Of a stretch of DNA of 64,000 nucleotides, positions 37,520-50,790 are shown one piece after another. The DNA lies in NCBI RefSeq assembly GCF_963921235.1, contig NC_086100.1, forward strand, positions 173,848,001 to 173,912,000, read 5' to 3'. The notes under the pieces were generated by a model that was not told the origin of the DNA, made no database searches, and worked only from the letters and a program-made list of their open reading frames with translations. Position numbers and translations under genes: made by a program. Each line of letters starts with the position of its first letter. Position 1 is the stretch's first letter. This stretch comes from Mobula hypostoma (Eukaryota).

Positions 37520-39200
37520 GAGAAAAGTTCTCCTTTGGCTTCTACCCAAACCCATTGTTGGTATTGCTGATACAAGACCAAGAGTTGCACAAGTGACTGA
37601 TGTAAAATGCCTTGCCCATAGGAACTGATGAACTCTCCACCTCAATTCCTAATGCCCCTTTCTGAATGTGAGTATAGTTCATCTCACTCTAAATTAATGC
37701 CAACATGATTATATAATACATAACCAGGAGCAGGTCCTGTTCCATACTTTGAAGCTTTTCTGGGCCTTTGCTGTCATGGTGTTATTGCTACTGTGCTCAC
37801 TAAATCCAGCAAAATACTACCCCACTCCTAGGACTAGATAAGGAACTGCAATACTTCCAGCTTTTCTTCTCTTCATAGTTGTTTTCACCTGTTTATTGAC
37901 AAGTTCCCATCCATTTGTACCTATATTTTATCCAAGGTGAACTACTTTTTGCTTAAATGACCACTCATTTCTTGTGAGTTTAAATTATGTTTTTATGTAG
38001 CCACCTAAACTCTTCCATTATATGAATATATTTTTCTTGTTCCTGTAGGTGTGTCATTTTGATTGCATAGACAATGATCCATATCCATACCATATGGTTT
38101 CTCATCTATATATTGCACATTGGAATATCTCCAGAAATGATTTTACATACGGAAGTATTTTTATGCGTGAATACAAGCTATCACATGCATTAATGGAAGC
38201 CTCCATTGCGAAGTGCTAACATTTGAGGGCACTCTCCAGCACTGTTCTGTAAGGATTCTGTGACGTCCTTCAAGTAGTATGTTTGGATTTTCCCCAGGTG
38301 CTCCAGTTTCTTCCCACAGTCCAAAGTTGTATTGGGCAGGGGAATCGGTCATTGTAAATTGTCCTGTGATTAGGGTAGGGTTAATCAGGGTTGTGGTGTT
38401 GCTGGGGCAGGGTGGCTCGAAAGGCTGGAAGGGCCTATTCCATACAATAATCGCTAAATAAATAGATTGCCAAATATTAATGATGCTTGTTATCCACATT
38501 CAACTGAGCTTATGCATATAATAGTTCTGGTTTCATCGAACTTTATATCCTGCCAAATCTGCATATAGATTCTGTGTCATCGCTAATATAGTGTTGTCAT
38601 TAACTGCCTGTTTAAATGTCACTTGTAATAGTTCAGTGGAATAGTTTTGTTTGAGTTAAACACTAATGCAATTAGGATTTCTGAGTCAATCTGGCTTGTC
38701 TTCATTCTAATTTATCCAAACTTCCTTTGGTTTTCAGAATATGAAATAATTGTAGATTTATCAGGATTAGTTTTGCAATATGAAACGTATTGGCTTTATA
38801 TTCTGTAATACCCATGCAGGTTTCCTTAAACATTTCTGTATTCTTTCCCAATGATATGTCAAAGTGTGATATTGACAGAACCATGCTGAAAATCTTTTTC
38901 CAATCTGGTTTCAATTCCCTGAGCCAATTTTTGCTCATCAATGTTGACTGATTAATGTAATCAGCGACAATTATTAGTCGTTCTATTTGCTGACTCTTGT
39001 GACTCACTGAATAGTTCATCTGGCCTAAAGTCTTCAATACATCACCTAAATACGGGTGCAACTTTGCTGTATTCTTGGATGAACCTACACAGATATATAG
39101 TTTTGACAATAGTTGAGCAATCACCCTCCATGTCAATAGGTCGTCCTTTTTACCAAGCTTTCCGTAAAGGAAACCCTGCTTTAAAACATTGCTGCTTTAT
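37520..39200 (-). pseudogene. Ancient Gypsy pol relic (protease-RT), split by a SINE
   Basis: ORF 38702-39136 TLGQMNYSV..LMSKNWLRELKPDWKKI..FKETCMGI..LDKLE resembles the Gypsy protease/RT linker. Confidence 0.5.
38228..38465 (+). mobile_element. V-SINE (5'-truncated)
   Basis: GGTGCTCCAGTTTCTTCCCACAGTCCAAAG V-domain; (TAAA)n tail. Confidence 0.8.
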
Positions 39201-39669
39201 AAACACAATCTTCTGTTATTCTCTTTGACTCTAGTATTTATTGAAACTTGCTCTATGTGGCTTCTCCCTGGGAAAGTTTTCCTTTGTGAAGGAGTAGTAC
39301 TTTCTGATGTTTCTTTAGCTAATTATTCTGGCGTTAGACTTGTGCATTGAGGAAATGTGGCCTTTTTTTGGCATTTTTGGAAGGAACCATTTTGCCTTTT
39401 ATATAGCAGATGGTATCCAAGATTGAGTTACCTTGTAACCTTGTGAAATGAAAGATATTTTATTTTTAATGATAGCAGAAGATTCATTAACATACTGTAC
39501 CTTTCTGATCCTCCATCAGCTAACAGGACAGATCTCTGCACTCCTCTATGGCATTATTTTGTGGAGCTGCATTTACGCCACTGCCAAAAGGTCCCACTAT
39601 TCATTGTTGCTGGTTAAGCTATTCCCATGCACTCTGTGCAAGAGCTGTAAGTGTCATCACTCTAATCCT

Positions 39670-39750
39670 ATACAACAGGGGGCACTGTGACCGGCCATTT
39701 TGTTCTCTTCCTCTGACGTCATCCCCACCAAACTGATGACGTCACACTGG
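39670..39750. promoter_or_regulatory. CTCF-like + YY1 + tandem CRE motif cluster
   Basis: CAACAGGGGGCACTG 39673-39687; GCCATTTT 39694-39701; TGACGTCA 39714-39721 and 39737-39744. Confidence 0.4.
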
Positions 39751-40724
39751 AATGTGCAAAGGGTCTCACTATTTCAGCAGTTCCTTTGCCGGTTACATCC
39801 TCTTCCCAATGCAAAGCTGGTCCTGTCTGAAATTCTCTCACCCCAGATCATGCACACTTAACGTCACATTGTAGCTATATGCTCTTGTCCTGACCGGAAT
39901 CCTGCCTGTACTTGCCCAAAGTACTCGCGGATCAAACTGTAGTATTTCCTGTCCTTGGACACCGTTCTCTGCAGTTCCCATTCTAGCTGTGCTCAGTCAT
40001 ACTCAGCTGTTTCTCTACTCAGCAGTGCTACTTGTGGCTCAGACTATCACTGCGGTCACTGACACTTGCTGGCTTTTAAGTAAGTGTTCTTACATAGCTT
40101 GGAATTTGTTTATTTTTCACTGTAGCGGTTACTTCAAAACAAATCAAAACCGCTCTAAGACTCAGCATGGAGGGGGATGACACAGTATGATGTGCTATCC
40201 AGAATAACGCAGCTCCAAGTCGAAGAAAGTACATTTGATCCTTTATTAAGAAATCAGCAAAGAGAAAATGAACAATCTTGTAACGATAAAAACCTACAAA
40301 ACTAAAACTAGCAATATAGCAAAATAGGTAGTCTAACTGTATTCAAATACATTTAAGCATTAGTGTATTTAAATGACCTTAGATGTGTTTAAGCAGTCAA
40401 CAAAAATCACTATTCTTGCTGCCTCTGGTTCTAGTCTAGACTAAGAATTGAACTAAAGACCAAGTGAATACGTAACTATATCCTTTGCTTCTACCATGCC
40501 CCAACACACGTGGCAAAATAGCCATAATAAATGCGCAACACACAATGCAACATATGCAGATAATAGATAATTGGCTCTTGCATCCACTTTCTGAAAGGTT
40601 CTTTCATTGCATCCCTGCCGCTGAATTATACTGTACATGCGAATTCTTATTCCAACATTCTGTCAAGAATACAATAAAGCACTAAGAGACAAGGAGAAAG
40701 ACAAAACACGTGCACCTTGAACGT

Positions 40725-41035
40725 AATGGCGCAGCAGTTTGCACAAAACTTTCCAGCATGGCAGCTGTAAGATTGGGTTTTAGTTCCTGCCACTGTCTAA
40801 AAGGAGATTATACCTTCTCCTTGTGAACACATGGGTCTCCTCCGAGTGCTCCAGTTTCCTCGCATGTTCCAAAGACATACAGATTAAGGTTAGTGATTTG
40901 TGGGCAAACTACATTAGCACTGGAAGCAAGGCAACTTTTCCAGTCTGCCCAGCACAGTCCCTGCTGATTTGATTTGACACAAATGCCATATTTCACAGTA
41001 TGGTTCAATGTATATGTGACGAATACAGCCATTTT
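40725..41035 (+). mobile_element. V-SINE (second subfamily)
   Basis: tRNA-like head; GTGCTCCAGTTTCCTCGCATGTTCCAAAGAC V-domain. Confidence 0.65.
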
Positions 41036-41179
41036 TTAAAAATCTCTCTCGTTATTCCACTCCATACATACTGCAGACATGTGCCTATATTATACAGTAA
41101 TGACACACATCACTACACTCACAATATTCACCTTAATGCAAAAAAAAAAGCAGCTTTAATACAGGCATTTATAACAAAC

Positions 41180-41880
41180 AGAACTTAGAATATAGGACAG
41201 TGCAACACAGGAACAGGTCCTTTGACTCACTACACCTGTGCCAACCATATGTCAATCTAATTAATCCCATCTGATGCATCTGTATTCATCTATTTCCTGT
41301 CTGTTCATGTGTCTTTCTAAATACCTCATAAATGTTGCTATTGTATGGGCTTCTACCACTTCCCCTGGTAAAGCATTGCAGGCTCCCAGCACCCTCTGTG
41401 CAAAAGACCTGCTTCATAAATTTTCTTTAAACTTCCTCCCTCTCATCTTAAACCTATGCCTTCTACTATTTCACTTCTCTACCTTGGAGAAGAAGACTAT
41501 CTACCCTACCTACACCTCTCATATGTTTAAACACTTCTATTAGGGTGCCGCTTAGTCTCCAATGCTCCAGAGGGAATAATCTGTCAATCCTCTCTTTATA
41601 TCTAATAACTCCAATCAGGCAAAATCCTAGTGAATCTCCTCTGCACCCAGTCCAAAACTTCCAAATCCTTCCTAAAGAGTGGTGGCCAGAACTGCATAAA
41701 ATACTTCAATAATTTTTTTCATACAGCCGCAAAATGACTTGCCAGTTGTTATAGTCAGTGTCCTGACTGATGAAGATAAGCACGCCATAAATCTCCTTTA
41801 CTACCCGACCATTTGTATTGACACTTTCAGGGAGCAATGGACTGGCACACCAAGCTCCCTCTCAATATTAGTGCTCCTAA
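41180..41880 (-). mobile_element. Old CR1 3' fragment
   Basis: AGAATATAGGACAG tail; GCATTGCAGGCTCCCAGCACCCTCTG; GGTGGCCAGAACTGCA. Confidence 0.7.
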
Positions 41881-43368
41881 AAAGTCCTGTCAGGATTAAG
41901 AATAGTTTTAGAAAAATAAGTGAGGGGAAGCTGTTTGAGTGGAAGATGCAACATATTTAAAGTGAGTGGTATAGGAGCAAAAGAAAACACAAATTGCTCT
42001 GACAGTAACATTGAAACTGTTGTTTTCAAAGTATCAGGAACAACACAATCACCTTCTGAGTAACTTCATCCTGTGCTGTATCATTTGTAGAGCGATAAAA
42101 CAAAGTTACCACATACATACAAGAACCCTAATCCTTGATGTTGGCTCTTTCCAGCCAATCACTGGAACAGAACTTCAACGGATTTCTCTCAGTTTGACTG
42201 ATGGTATGTCACTTCATATATCTTACTCAACGTATGTATTCAATATTTCTAATACACTTAATCAATACATGTTATAATACATGTAAAGCTGCACTCCCAG
42301 ACATATATATATATTTGCTAATATTTTATGGTATCTGTCATTATATTTGTCAATAGTTTTCGATATATTGCTTTCCTGTATGAGGAATCAAGCCCCTGAG
42401 CTGAATAATGGGATCAATCAGTTTCTAGTTTCCATTCAATTCAGCCAAACTCCGCCATGCTCTGTGTAAATGTATTCTTTCTAGCTTACATGCAATTGTT
42501 TTTCCACGTAAACCCAATCTGATTACTTGTCGCTCTGTTCTCTTTAATTTAGGGTTTTTCTACTTCAAAGTTTAGTGTGTTAAGCTAAAAGGCCATAGGA
42601 TGTGAACACAACAGGAATTAGATCTACAAAAGAAAATAGTGAATAAACAAGAATGCTGAAGTAAAACACAATTGAATGTGCTGAAAAGCGAAGGCGCAGT
42701 CAGTTAATAACAGCTAAGAGACCAGCTACAATAGTGATGACACATCAGGAACAGTTGCCTATTATATTGCAATCCTCTTGTGAAATTTATGGGCAAAAGA
42801 GTGGTTACAGCTGATTAGGGCTCAAGGAAAAAAAATTGCAAAATGTATAATGAGTGTCCTGGGGCTACTTGCGTAGTACTTACCAGGCATTTGAAAGCAA
42901 AATTGGGGATCAGAAACAGGTTACAGAGTGACCGTTTCTTCAGTGTCAAGTGTCAAGGTTTCAAGTTCTAAGTTTAAATTATCAAACAAAATTTGAAACC
43001 CGCAAGTAATTTTCATTAAACTACTTGCAATAATAAAACTATTTTATTTGCTAATCATTACATGTGAGCAGATTCAGATAAATGCACTGAACATGAAGAA
43101 TGTTAAGGATCCGCAAATGTGGTGTGTGCAAAGTTACTAATCACTTTATTGTGGTTTCATTGCACTTAATTGATATTCATACCCTGTGATGAATCTGTAA
43201 TATCACTGTGTTCCACCGGTCTATACACATTTCAAAAAGAGTTCGAAATGATCAGAAGAAAGTACTGTTAACAGTGGTAGTTATAGTTCCAATGGAATGA
43301 AGCTCAATGTGCAGAATAAATAGTAACAATTATAACCAGCTTGTTTTTTTTTTATCAGTTTGTGTTAT

Positions 43369-43680
43369 TGGGGCACCACGGTGGTGTACTGGTTAGCACA
43401 ATGCTTTACAGTACAGGGGCTTGGGTTCAATTCCTGCCACTGCCCGTAGGGAGTTTGTATATTCTCCCCATGACTGCCTGGACTTCCTCTGGGTGCTCCA
43501 GTTTCTCCCACAGTCCATAAATGTACCGGTTTGCAAGTTAATTGGTCATTGTAGATTGTCCCGTGATTAGGCTAGGATTAAATCAGGGGATTACTGGGTG
43601 GTGTGGCTCGAAGGGGTGGAAGGGTCTGTTCCACGCTGTGTCAATGAATAAACAAGTATATAAATGAGTAAATAAATAAT
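43369..43680 (+). mobile_element. Full-length tRNA-derived V-SINE
   Basis: A box (TGGTGTACTGG), B box GGTTCAATTCC, V-domain GGGTGCTCCAGTTTCTCCCACAGTCC, CR1-like 3' end, A-rich tail. Confidence 0.85.
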
Positions 43681-44212
43681 CTGGGAAAATACAAAGCACA
43701 TTTGAAGACTGTAATCCCTGGTTCAAGACTACTCAGCCAAGGGAAAAAAAAATCACTGCACCTACCATGACGTTCCCCCCAAAAACTAATGTGCCTTTGA
43801 ATGAGATCATCTCTATCTGTATTTCAACTTTTTTTAAATATAATTCTTTATTCTTTGAATGATCTTGTTTTTTGTTGCACGTTGTGTCAACACATCACAG
43901 CAAATTCCTAATACATTTAAATGTATATGGCAAATAAAGTTGATCTTTCATTCTTGCCTCTTGATCTAATTCATCTAAAGTTTAGAGAGCATAGATCCAT
44001 TCATAACTTCTCCACATGCAGAAAACCTGCCACCCAATAACCAATCTAATGAACTTTTGTTGTACTGTATCGCAATTATTATCCTTCCTAGCTAGGGAGA
44101 CAGTGTTTCTACTCCTAATCCAAGTACCTTATATAACTGAAGCAAGCCAGCACTTCACTTGGAGTTGTAGAGTCTTAGACAGAACACAAGAAAACAGGAA
44201 ATTAGGATTGGG

Positions 44213-44398
44213 CAACACACACAAAATGCTGGTGGAATGCAGCAGGCCAGGCAGCATCTATAGGAAGAAGTATAGTCAACGTTTCAGGCCGAGACCCTTC
44301 GTCGGGACTAACTGAAAGAAGAGATCATAAGAGATTTGAAAGTGGGAGGAGGAGGGGGAGATCCCAGCATCTGCAGATTTCCTCGTGTTTGCGTTTTT
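44213..44398. mobile_element. Penelope-derived insertion (inverted pLTR pieces) with mutated hammerhead
   Basis: Perfect 14-bp TSD AAATTAGGATTGGG (44199-44212, 44399-44412); minus-strand CCGACGA AGGGTCTCGGCCT GAAA CGTT. Confidence 0.8.
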
Positions 44399-45124
44399 AA
44401 ATTAGGATTGGGTCTAGGTCACTCAAGCCCTCAAGCCTCAATATGATCTACGCCAGCCTTGATTCTCTTCTGAGCCAGCTCCCCATAATCTTCAATTCCT
44501 CAGTCTAGCTTCACCTTGATTATATGTAATGATCTGGCCTTCGCCGGTCTTGGAGATCGAGAATTCCAGAGAAAGACAATATTTCACAGTAACAGCCTTT
44601 CTGCCCACCATGTCTGTGTTGCCCACCCACCAAGTTCTTATTTTTATCCAAATCCTACCCCGAAACATTTTATTCTCCTAACGTTCCCAACAACTCTGCC
44701 CATCTCAGATTCTACCACTCACTGATACACCAAGTGGCCAAGTAATCTGTACATCTTCAGGTTGTGGGAGAAAATTGGCACAATCACAGGGAGAATGTGT
44801 GGCAGCCGTGTCATTGTCTTATCCCACGCACTCAAATCCTCCTGCTTTAAAGCAATTTGCAGCCATTAGAGTAGTTTGGATAGTGAAAAACATCCACCAA
44901 TCTGCACGGCTGGCCCTTATAATAGCCATAAGATAATAATCAAATAATCCATTTTTACTTGTCAGGTTGTTTGAGGATCAAAAATGGTCAGGAGAGCAGT
45001 AAAGATCTCTGCACTGTAAACACTTTAAACCACTTTTTATAATGCTGTTTACATTGTAAATACATGCTGGTATTTATGCACATTTTATTCCATACCTGTA
45101 CTTCTAATTTTTATTTTTATACGC

Positions 45125-45880
45125 TTTTTGGCTACTTTATTAGGTGCACCTGTACCCCTGCTCATTAATGCAACTTCAGTAATTAATAAACCAGCAGTAA
45201 TGAGGTAGCAGCACAATACATACAAACATGCAGACATGGTCAAGGTTCAGTTGTTGGTCAGACCAAATATCAAAATGGGAAGGAAATGTGTTCTAAGTGA
45301 CTCTGACTGTGGAATGATTGTTGGTGCCAAACAAAGTGGATTGAGCATCTCAGAAACTGCTGATCTGCTGGGATTTTCACACACAACAGTCTCCAGAGTT
45401 TACAGAGAATGGTGTAAAAAACTAAAATAAAAATCTGGTGAGTGGCAGATCTGTTAAGGAGAGGAATCAAAGGAGAATATCCAGGTTGAAGTAGATATGA
45501 AGGCAACTGTAACTCAAATAACCATGCATTACAACAGTGATGTGCAGAAGAGCATCTCAAACGCACATGTCAAACCTTGAAGTGGATGTGCTGCAGCAGG
45601 AAACCACGAGCATACACAAAACACTGGGGGAACTCAGCAAGCTAGGCAGCATCTATGGAAAAAAAAGTACAGTCGAAGTTTCGGCCCGAAATGTCGACTG
45701 TATTTTTTTCCCCTCCATAGATGCTGCCTGGCCTGAGTTCCTTCAGCATTATGTGTGTTGCTCGAATTTCCAGCATCTGCAGATTTTCTCTTGTTTGTGA
45801 TTAGATCACGAACATACACTCAATGGCCATTTTATGAGTACGGGGTGGGGGGGTACCCAATAAAGTGGCCAATGTGTGTG
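45125..45880 (+). mobile_element. Non-autonomous Tc1 derivative (third copy), interrupted at 45618-45806
   Basis: GMIVGAKQSGLSISETADLLGFSHTTVSRVYREW; TIR remnants at both ends. Confidence 0.8.
45618..45806. mobile_element. Penelope-derived fold-back insertion
   Basis: Inverted arms meeting at TTTCGGCCCGAAA; TSD CACGA(G/A)CATACAC. Confidence 0.75.
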
Positions 45881-46296
45881 TAATTTTTTATTCTGTGTAA
45901 TTGCTGAATGTCATCATTTTTGTTGCATGTAGTGCCAACGCACCACAGCAATTCAATTTCCTAGTGCATTGAAATGTATTTGGAGAGCAAAGGTGATCCT
46001 TGATCTTTGAGCAAGACAGAGCTCTGTACTGCAATTCAGGGATGCAAACAATTCAGGAGATCCTGAAGCCCACTGCTCTTTTGTCTCTGTATCTGTTCTG
46101 CCATCTACTTACTCTAATGGCTTCATTTGTTTGTCCCAATCCAGATGTTAGGTTCACAGTCCAGATCTTTCAAGAATTAATGCTTATGGGCACCTAGAAA
46201 GACTTATCCACTGATCTTCATACTAGCATTATAGTTTCTTTTAATTCTATCCAAGGGAGCATTAGACTTCAGTACAATACCTCTCACAGCCTCCAA

Positions 46297-46695
46297 GAGG
46301 ACCACAACCTTGTCATGGTTTGGAGGCCTGCATGCCTCAATGACCCAGAGAGCTCTGTTGGCTGGAGTCAGGGGCTTATGCTTTGGCTTGTGGTAGGGGC
46401 ACCCAAGCCAAACAGGTCAAAGGGCAGAGATCAGACTAAGAGTGGTCCACTGGTCCTTCAAGTTCTGGGGTTCAGCTCAGAGCTAACGACCCTGACTGGT
46501 AAAACAGAACTGTTATCGAAACAGCAATCCTCTACATCTGAGTGCGATGGTATTCCTGAGGCTCCACCCTGAACTTGCATGACTGACAGTAGTGAAAACC
46601 AAGCTACTGGCATGGTGAAGGAAGCCCTGACCAATGCCAGAGATGGAAGACCTTCATTGCTGCACTAAATGCCAATGGCATAATGGGCAGTAGAG
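46297..46695 (+). mobile_element. RTE (Expander-like) non-autonomous element; second copy at 56645-56962 (-)
   Basis: GAGGACCACAACCTTGTC...CTGACTGGTAAAAC 5'UTR joined to an RTE-like 3' end; both copies share the layout. Confidence 0.6.
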
Positions 46696-46844
46696 AGACA
46701 ACACCTCCAACAGTGCAGCACTTCTAAATACTGCACTGTACTGTTAGGCAAGGTGTGTGGCTTCAAGTCTCTAGGGTGGAATTTGCCTCTGGACCATTTA
46801 ACTTGGAAGCAAGAGTATCAGAAATTGATGCATGTCTTGCTTGG

Positions 46845-47730
46845 GTCAGCAGTGGAAAGGGTAAACAGTTTCAGGTTCCTGGGTGTCAACGTCTCTGAAG
46901 ATCATCATGCCTGATTACAGAGAAGGCATGCCTGTGACTCTTTTTAATTTGGAGTTTGAGGAGTTTGGTCTGTCACCAAAGATTCTCACAAACTTCTACA
47001 GATGTAGCATGGAGAGCATTCTGACTGGCTACATCACTGTCAGTATGGAGGAACCAATGCACAGGATTGGAAAAAGATGCAAAGGGTTGTAAATTCAGAC
47101 AATTCCACCATGGGCACTAGCCTCCCCACCATCCAGAGTGGCAGCATAGTGGTTAGCACGACACTAGGTTCAATTCCCGCAGTTGCCTGTGAGGAGTTTG
47201 TATGTTCTCCCCATGACTGCATGTGTTTCTCCCACAGTCCAAAGGTGTACCAGTTGGCAGGTTAGTTTGTCATGGTAAATTGTCCCACGACTAGCCTCAT
47301 ATTAAATCCGCGGATTGCTGGGCGGCGTGGCTTGAAGGGCCAGAAGGGCCTACATTAAGCTGTATCTCAATAAATTAAAAACAAAATAGATATCTTCAAA
47401 GGTCAATGCCTCAAAAAAGCAACATCCACCATTAAGAACCCCCACCAGGCAGGACATGCTCTCTTCTCATTACTACTGTCAGTGAGGAGGTACAGGAGAT
47501 CGAAGATACATATTCAATGTTTTAGGAATAGTTCTGCCATCAGATTTCTGAATGGTCCATGAACCCATGAACACTGCAGCAGTATGTTACTTTTTTTTTG
47601 CATTACTTATTTTACTTTTTTAATTATTTCTTGCTGTAACTTATAGCAATTTTTATGTACTGTATTGCTGTCACAAAACAACTATGTTCCCAAGGTAAGT
47701 CAGGAGTAATGAACCTGATTCTGATTTTGA
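46845..47730 (+). mobile_element. Rex1 3' fragment with a V-SINE inserted at 47138-47385
   Basis: FGLSPKILTNFYRCSMESILTG; (CTGATT)n tail. Confidence 0.75.
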
Positions 47731-48694
47731 CTTATGAGAGACAATAAAGAGAGTTAGTCTGTTTTCTGACAGAGCTCTCAATGCTCATAATGGCTCCTCC
47801 TGCCCCCTGCCCCAATCAGCACCCCGACCTGACCCAATTCAGCATGCCCATGTCTCTTAAAAACGTTACATCTTAATGCTGCTCTGGAATTCAAATACCC
47901 CGTTTGGTTCTGCGACCAGTGGGAGCTTGTGTTTGAGACTAACTCTCCACACAGAGATACAAACTTGGATAATAAGTTTACTTTGATGCTTGTCACAGGT
48001 TGAACTGTAGCATCTGACAAGAACAAACTGATCTTGAGGGATTTTTCACACACCTCCGCTATTTGTCATTTTTTGCTTCATTACCCACTGCAGGGTGTCA
48101 AATCATTGGGATTATGATTCTGTAACAGGCAAGGCATAACACAATGAACTGCAACGGACCCATGTAGCTCTGAGAAATAGTTCTGTATTGTATAAAATAC
48201 TACATGCGAAACTCTCAATATCTCAAAATTACTTTTAATTTACAGGCGAGTGTGAATAAATGCAATGTATAGTATAATAAGTATTCGCCAATGAACAAAA
48301 AGATGCAAAGCTCTTAATATTTGCCAGCTGGGTACACATTAGGTGTTTGACTGCAAAAGAGAAACTATTAAAATCCAGTCTATGATAAAGTAATGAATAA
48401 TATTATACCAATAAAATGCCGGTAAATTACAAAAATTATGTCTCTCTACTTACTGAGTGCCACGATCGATTTGAAGCAGTTTGAACCAATAGCTGCCATT
48501 TATTGAGTAAACATTCTCAAGTGGGCTCCCGAGGATCCAATTGGTCACGTGGTCTGTGCACATCCAAGAAATGCATCATCGTTCCTAGTAGATTAGCAGT
48601 TTCTTGAAATCCCAGGAACACTGAAACAAGGGTGCCTAGGACTTGTGGAGTACTCTATTTGTCAACATGGACCAGAGAACAAGTTTGTAAATGT

Positions 48695-49945
48695 CCCTAT
48701 CGCCACAATAGATCAACGGTAGATGCAATCTCAATGGCTCTTCACACAGCTTTAGACCACCTGGACAACATAAACACCTATGTCAGGATGCTGTTCACCC
48801 ACTACAGCTCAGCATTTTGATACCATCGATCCCACAATCCTGATTGAGAAGCTGCAGAACCTGGGCCTCTGTACCTCCCTCTGCAATTAGACCCTCGACT
48901 TCCCAACTGGAAGACCACAATCTGTGCAGATTGGTGATAACATCTCCTCCTCGTTGACGATCAACACTGGTGCACCTCAGGGGTGTGTGCTTAGCCCACT
49001 GCTCTACTCTCTCTATACCCATGACTATGTGGCTAGGCGTAGTTCAAATACCAACTGTAAAGTTGCTGATGATACATCCACTGTTGGTAGAATCTCAGAT
49101 GGTGATGAGAGGGCATACAGGAGTGAGATATGCCAACTAGTGGAGTGGTGTCGCAGCAACAACCTGGCACTCAGTGTCAGTAAGACAAAAGCACTGATTG
49201 TGGACTTCAGGAAGGGCAAAATGAAGGAACACATCCCAATCCTCAGAGTGATCAGAAGTGGAGAGAGTGAGCAGCTTCAAGTTCCTGGGTGTCAAGATCT
49301 CTGAGGATCTAACCTAATCCCAACATATTGATGCAGTAATAAAGAAGGCAAGACAGCAACTATACTTCATTAGGAGTTTGAAGAGATTTGGTATGACAAC
49401 AAATATACTCAAAAACTTCTACAGATGTACCGTGGAGAGCATTCTAACAGGCTGCATCACTGTCTGGTATGGGGGGCCTACTGCACAGGACTGAAAGAAG
49501 CTGCAGAGGGTTGTAAATTTAGTCAACTCCATCTTGGGTACTAGTCTACAAAGTACCCAGGACATCTTCAAGGAGCGGTGTCTCAGAAAAGCAGCATCCA
49601 TTATCAAGGACCTCCAGCACCCAGGACATGACCTTTTCTCACTGTCACCATCAGGTAGGAGAAACAGAAGTCTGATTCAGGAACAGCTTCTTCCCCTCCG
49701 TCATCTGATTCCTCAATGGACATTGAACCCATGAACACTACCTCACTTTTTTTAATATATGTTATTTCAGTGTTTGCACAATTTTTATTCTATTCAATAG
49801 ACGTACAGTGTAATTTATTTATTTATTTATTTATTATCATTTTATTTTTTCTTTTATATTACATATTGCATTGAACTGCTGCTGCTAAACTAACAAATTT
49901 CATGACACATGCCAGTGATAATAAACCTGATTCTGTTTGGGATTC
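48695..49945 (+). mobile_element. Rex1-clade LINE, RT to 3' end
   Basis: YRHNRSTVDAI; [23 protein letters not shown]; AATAAACCTGATTCTG tail. Confidence 0.88.
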
Positions 49946-49972
49946 TGATCTGGCGGGAGCAGAGAATGCAGT

Positions 49973-50435
49973 TGTCGTGGAAACACTAACTAAGAGCACC
50001 CAGAGTGACTTTGAGTTTCGTTTTAAGAGTTTATTAACATGATATCATGGAGAGTCTGCAGCAGTCTCCACTGCCACCAGAACTCTGGTTTTTAGGTTAA
50101 AAAGAGCTCATATTTATACAGCAAGGCAAACAACTTCACATAACTTCGTTTGGCATCCCACCGTCAGTACATGATCAATCGTTTAAAAGACATGTCAATT
50201 ATCTCTCAGCACGAGTCTAACAGTCCTCTTTGTTCCCTGTTATCAGGGCTCATAATTTACCCCCAGACGCATCCTTCCTCCTGGTTCCAGGGGTCTAGTA
50301 TCTTATTAATTGGAGTTCCTGGTACTGCGCTTATCATCCAGGGTTATTCTCGACACGCATCAGCAGTCTTAAGCCCAGCTGTTCCAAAATGGTCAAGTAT
50401 CCCATCAGACACTAGTTTTAACCATTTCTGCCACA
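49973..50435 (-). mobile_element. Solo LTR
   Basis: TG..CA ends with imperfect terminal inverted repeat (TGTCGTGGAAA/TTTCTGCCACA); minus-strand TATAAA then AATAAA; TSD poor. Confidence 0.5.
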
Positions 50436-50790
50436 GTAGGGAATGGCAAGGGTGGAGGAGCGGTATGGAACATGTGACAGAGAAAGAATGACGGGGGCAA
50501 GGGTGGTACAGATGCAGACACACCCAGTCGTCAGACACCAGGCAAGCTCATTTTGATTCCAAACAATTGGTTTATTGATCATTACAGAATGTCTCTCTGG
50601 TGCTTCTGGCTCCCTCCCATCTCCCTTCCCCTCTCCCTGCCCCCTTCTTACTCTCAGTCCACAATAGAGAACCACTTCAGAATCAGATTTATCATCACTC
50701 ACATGTCATGAAATTTGTTCTTCTTTTATAGCAGCAGCAGCAGTACAGCACAATATGTAAAATTACTACAGTACTGTGAAAAAGTCTTAG

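Noticed and set aside
43369-43445. tRNA-like sequence with A/B boxes
   Set aside because: No complete cloverleaf; it is the head of a V-SINE (same for 20232 and 47138)
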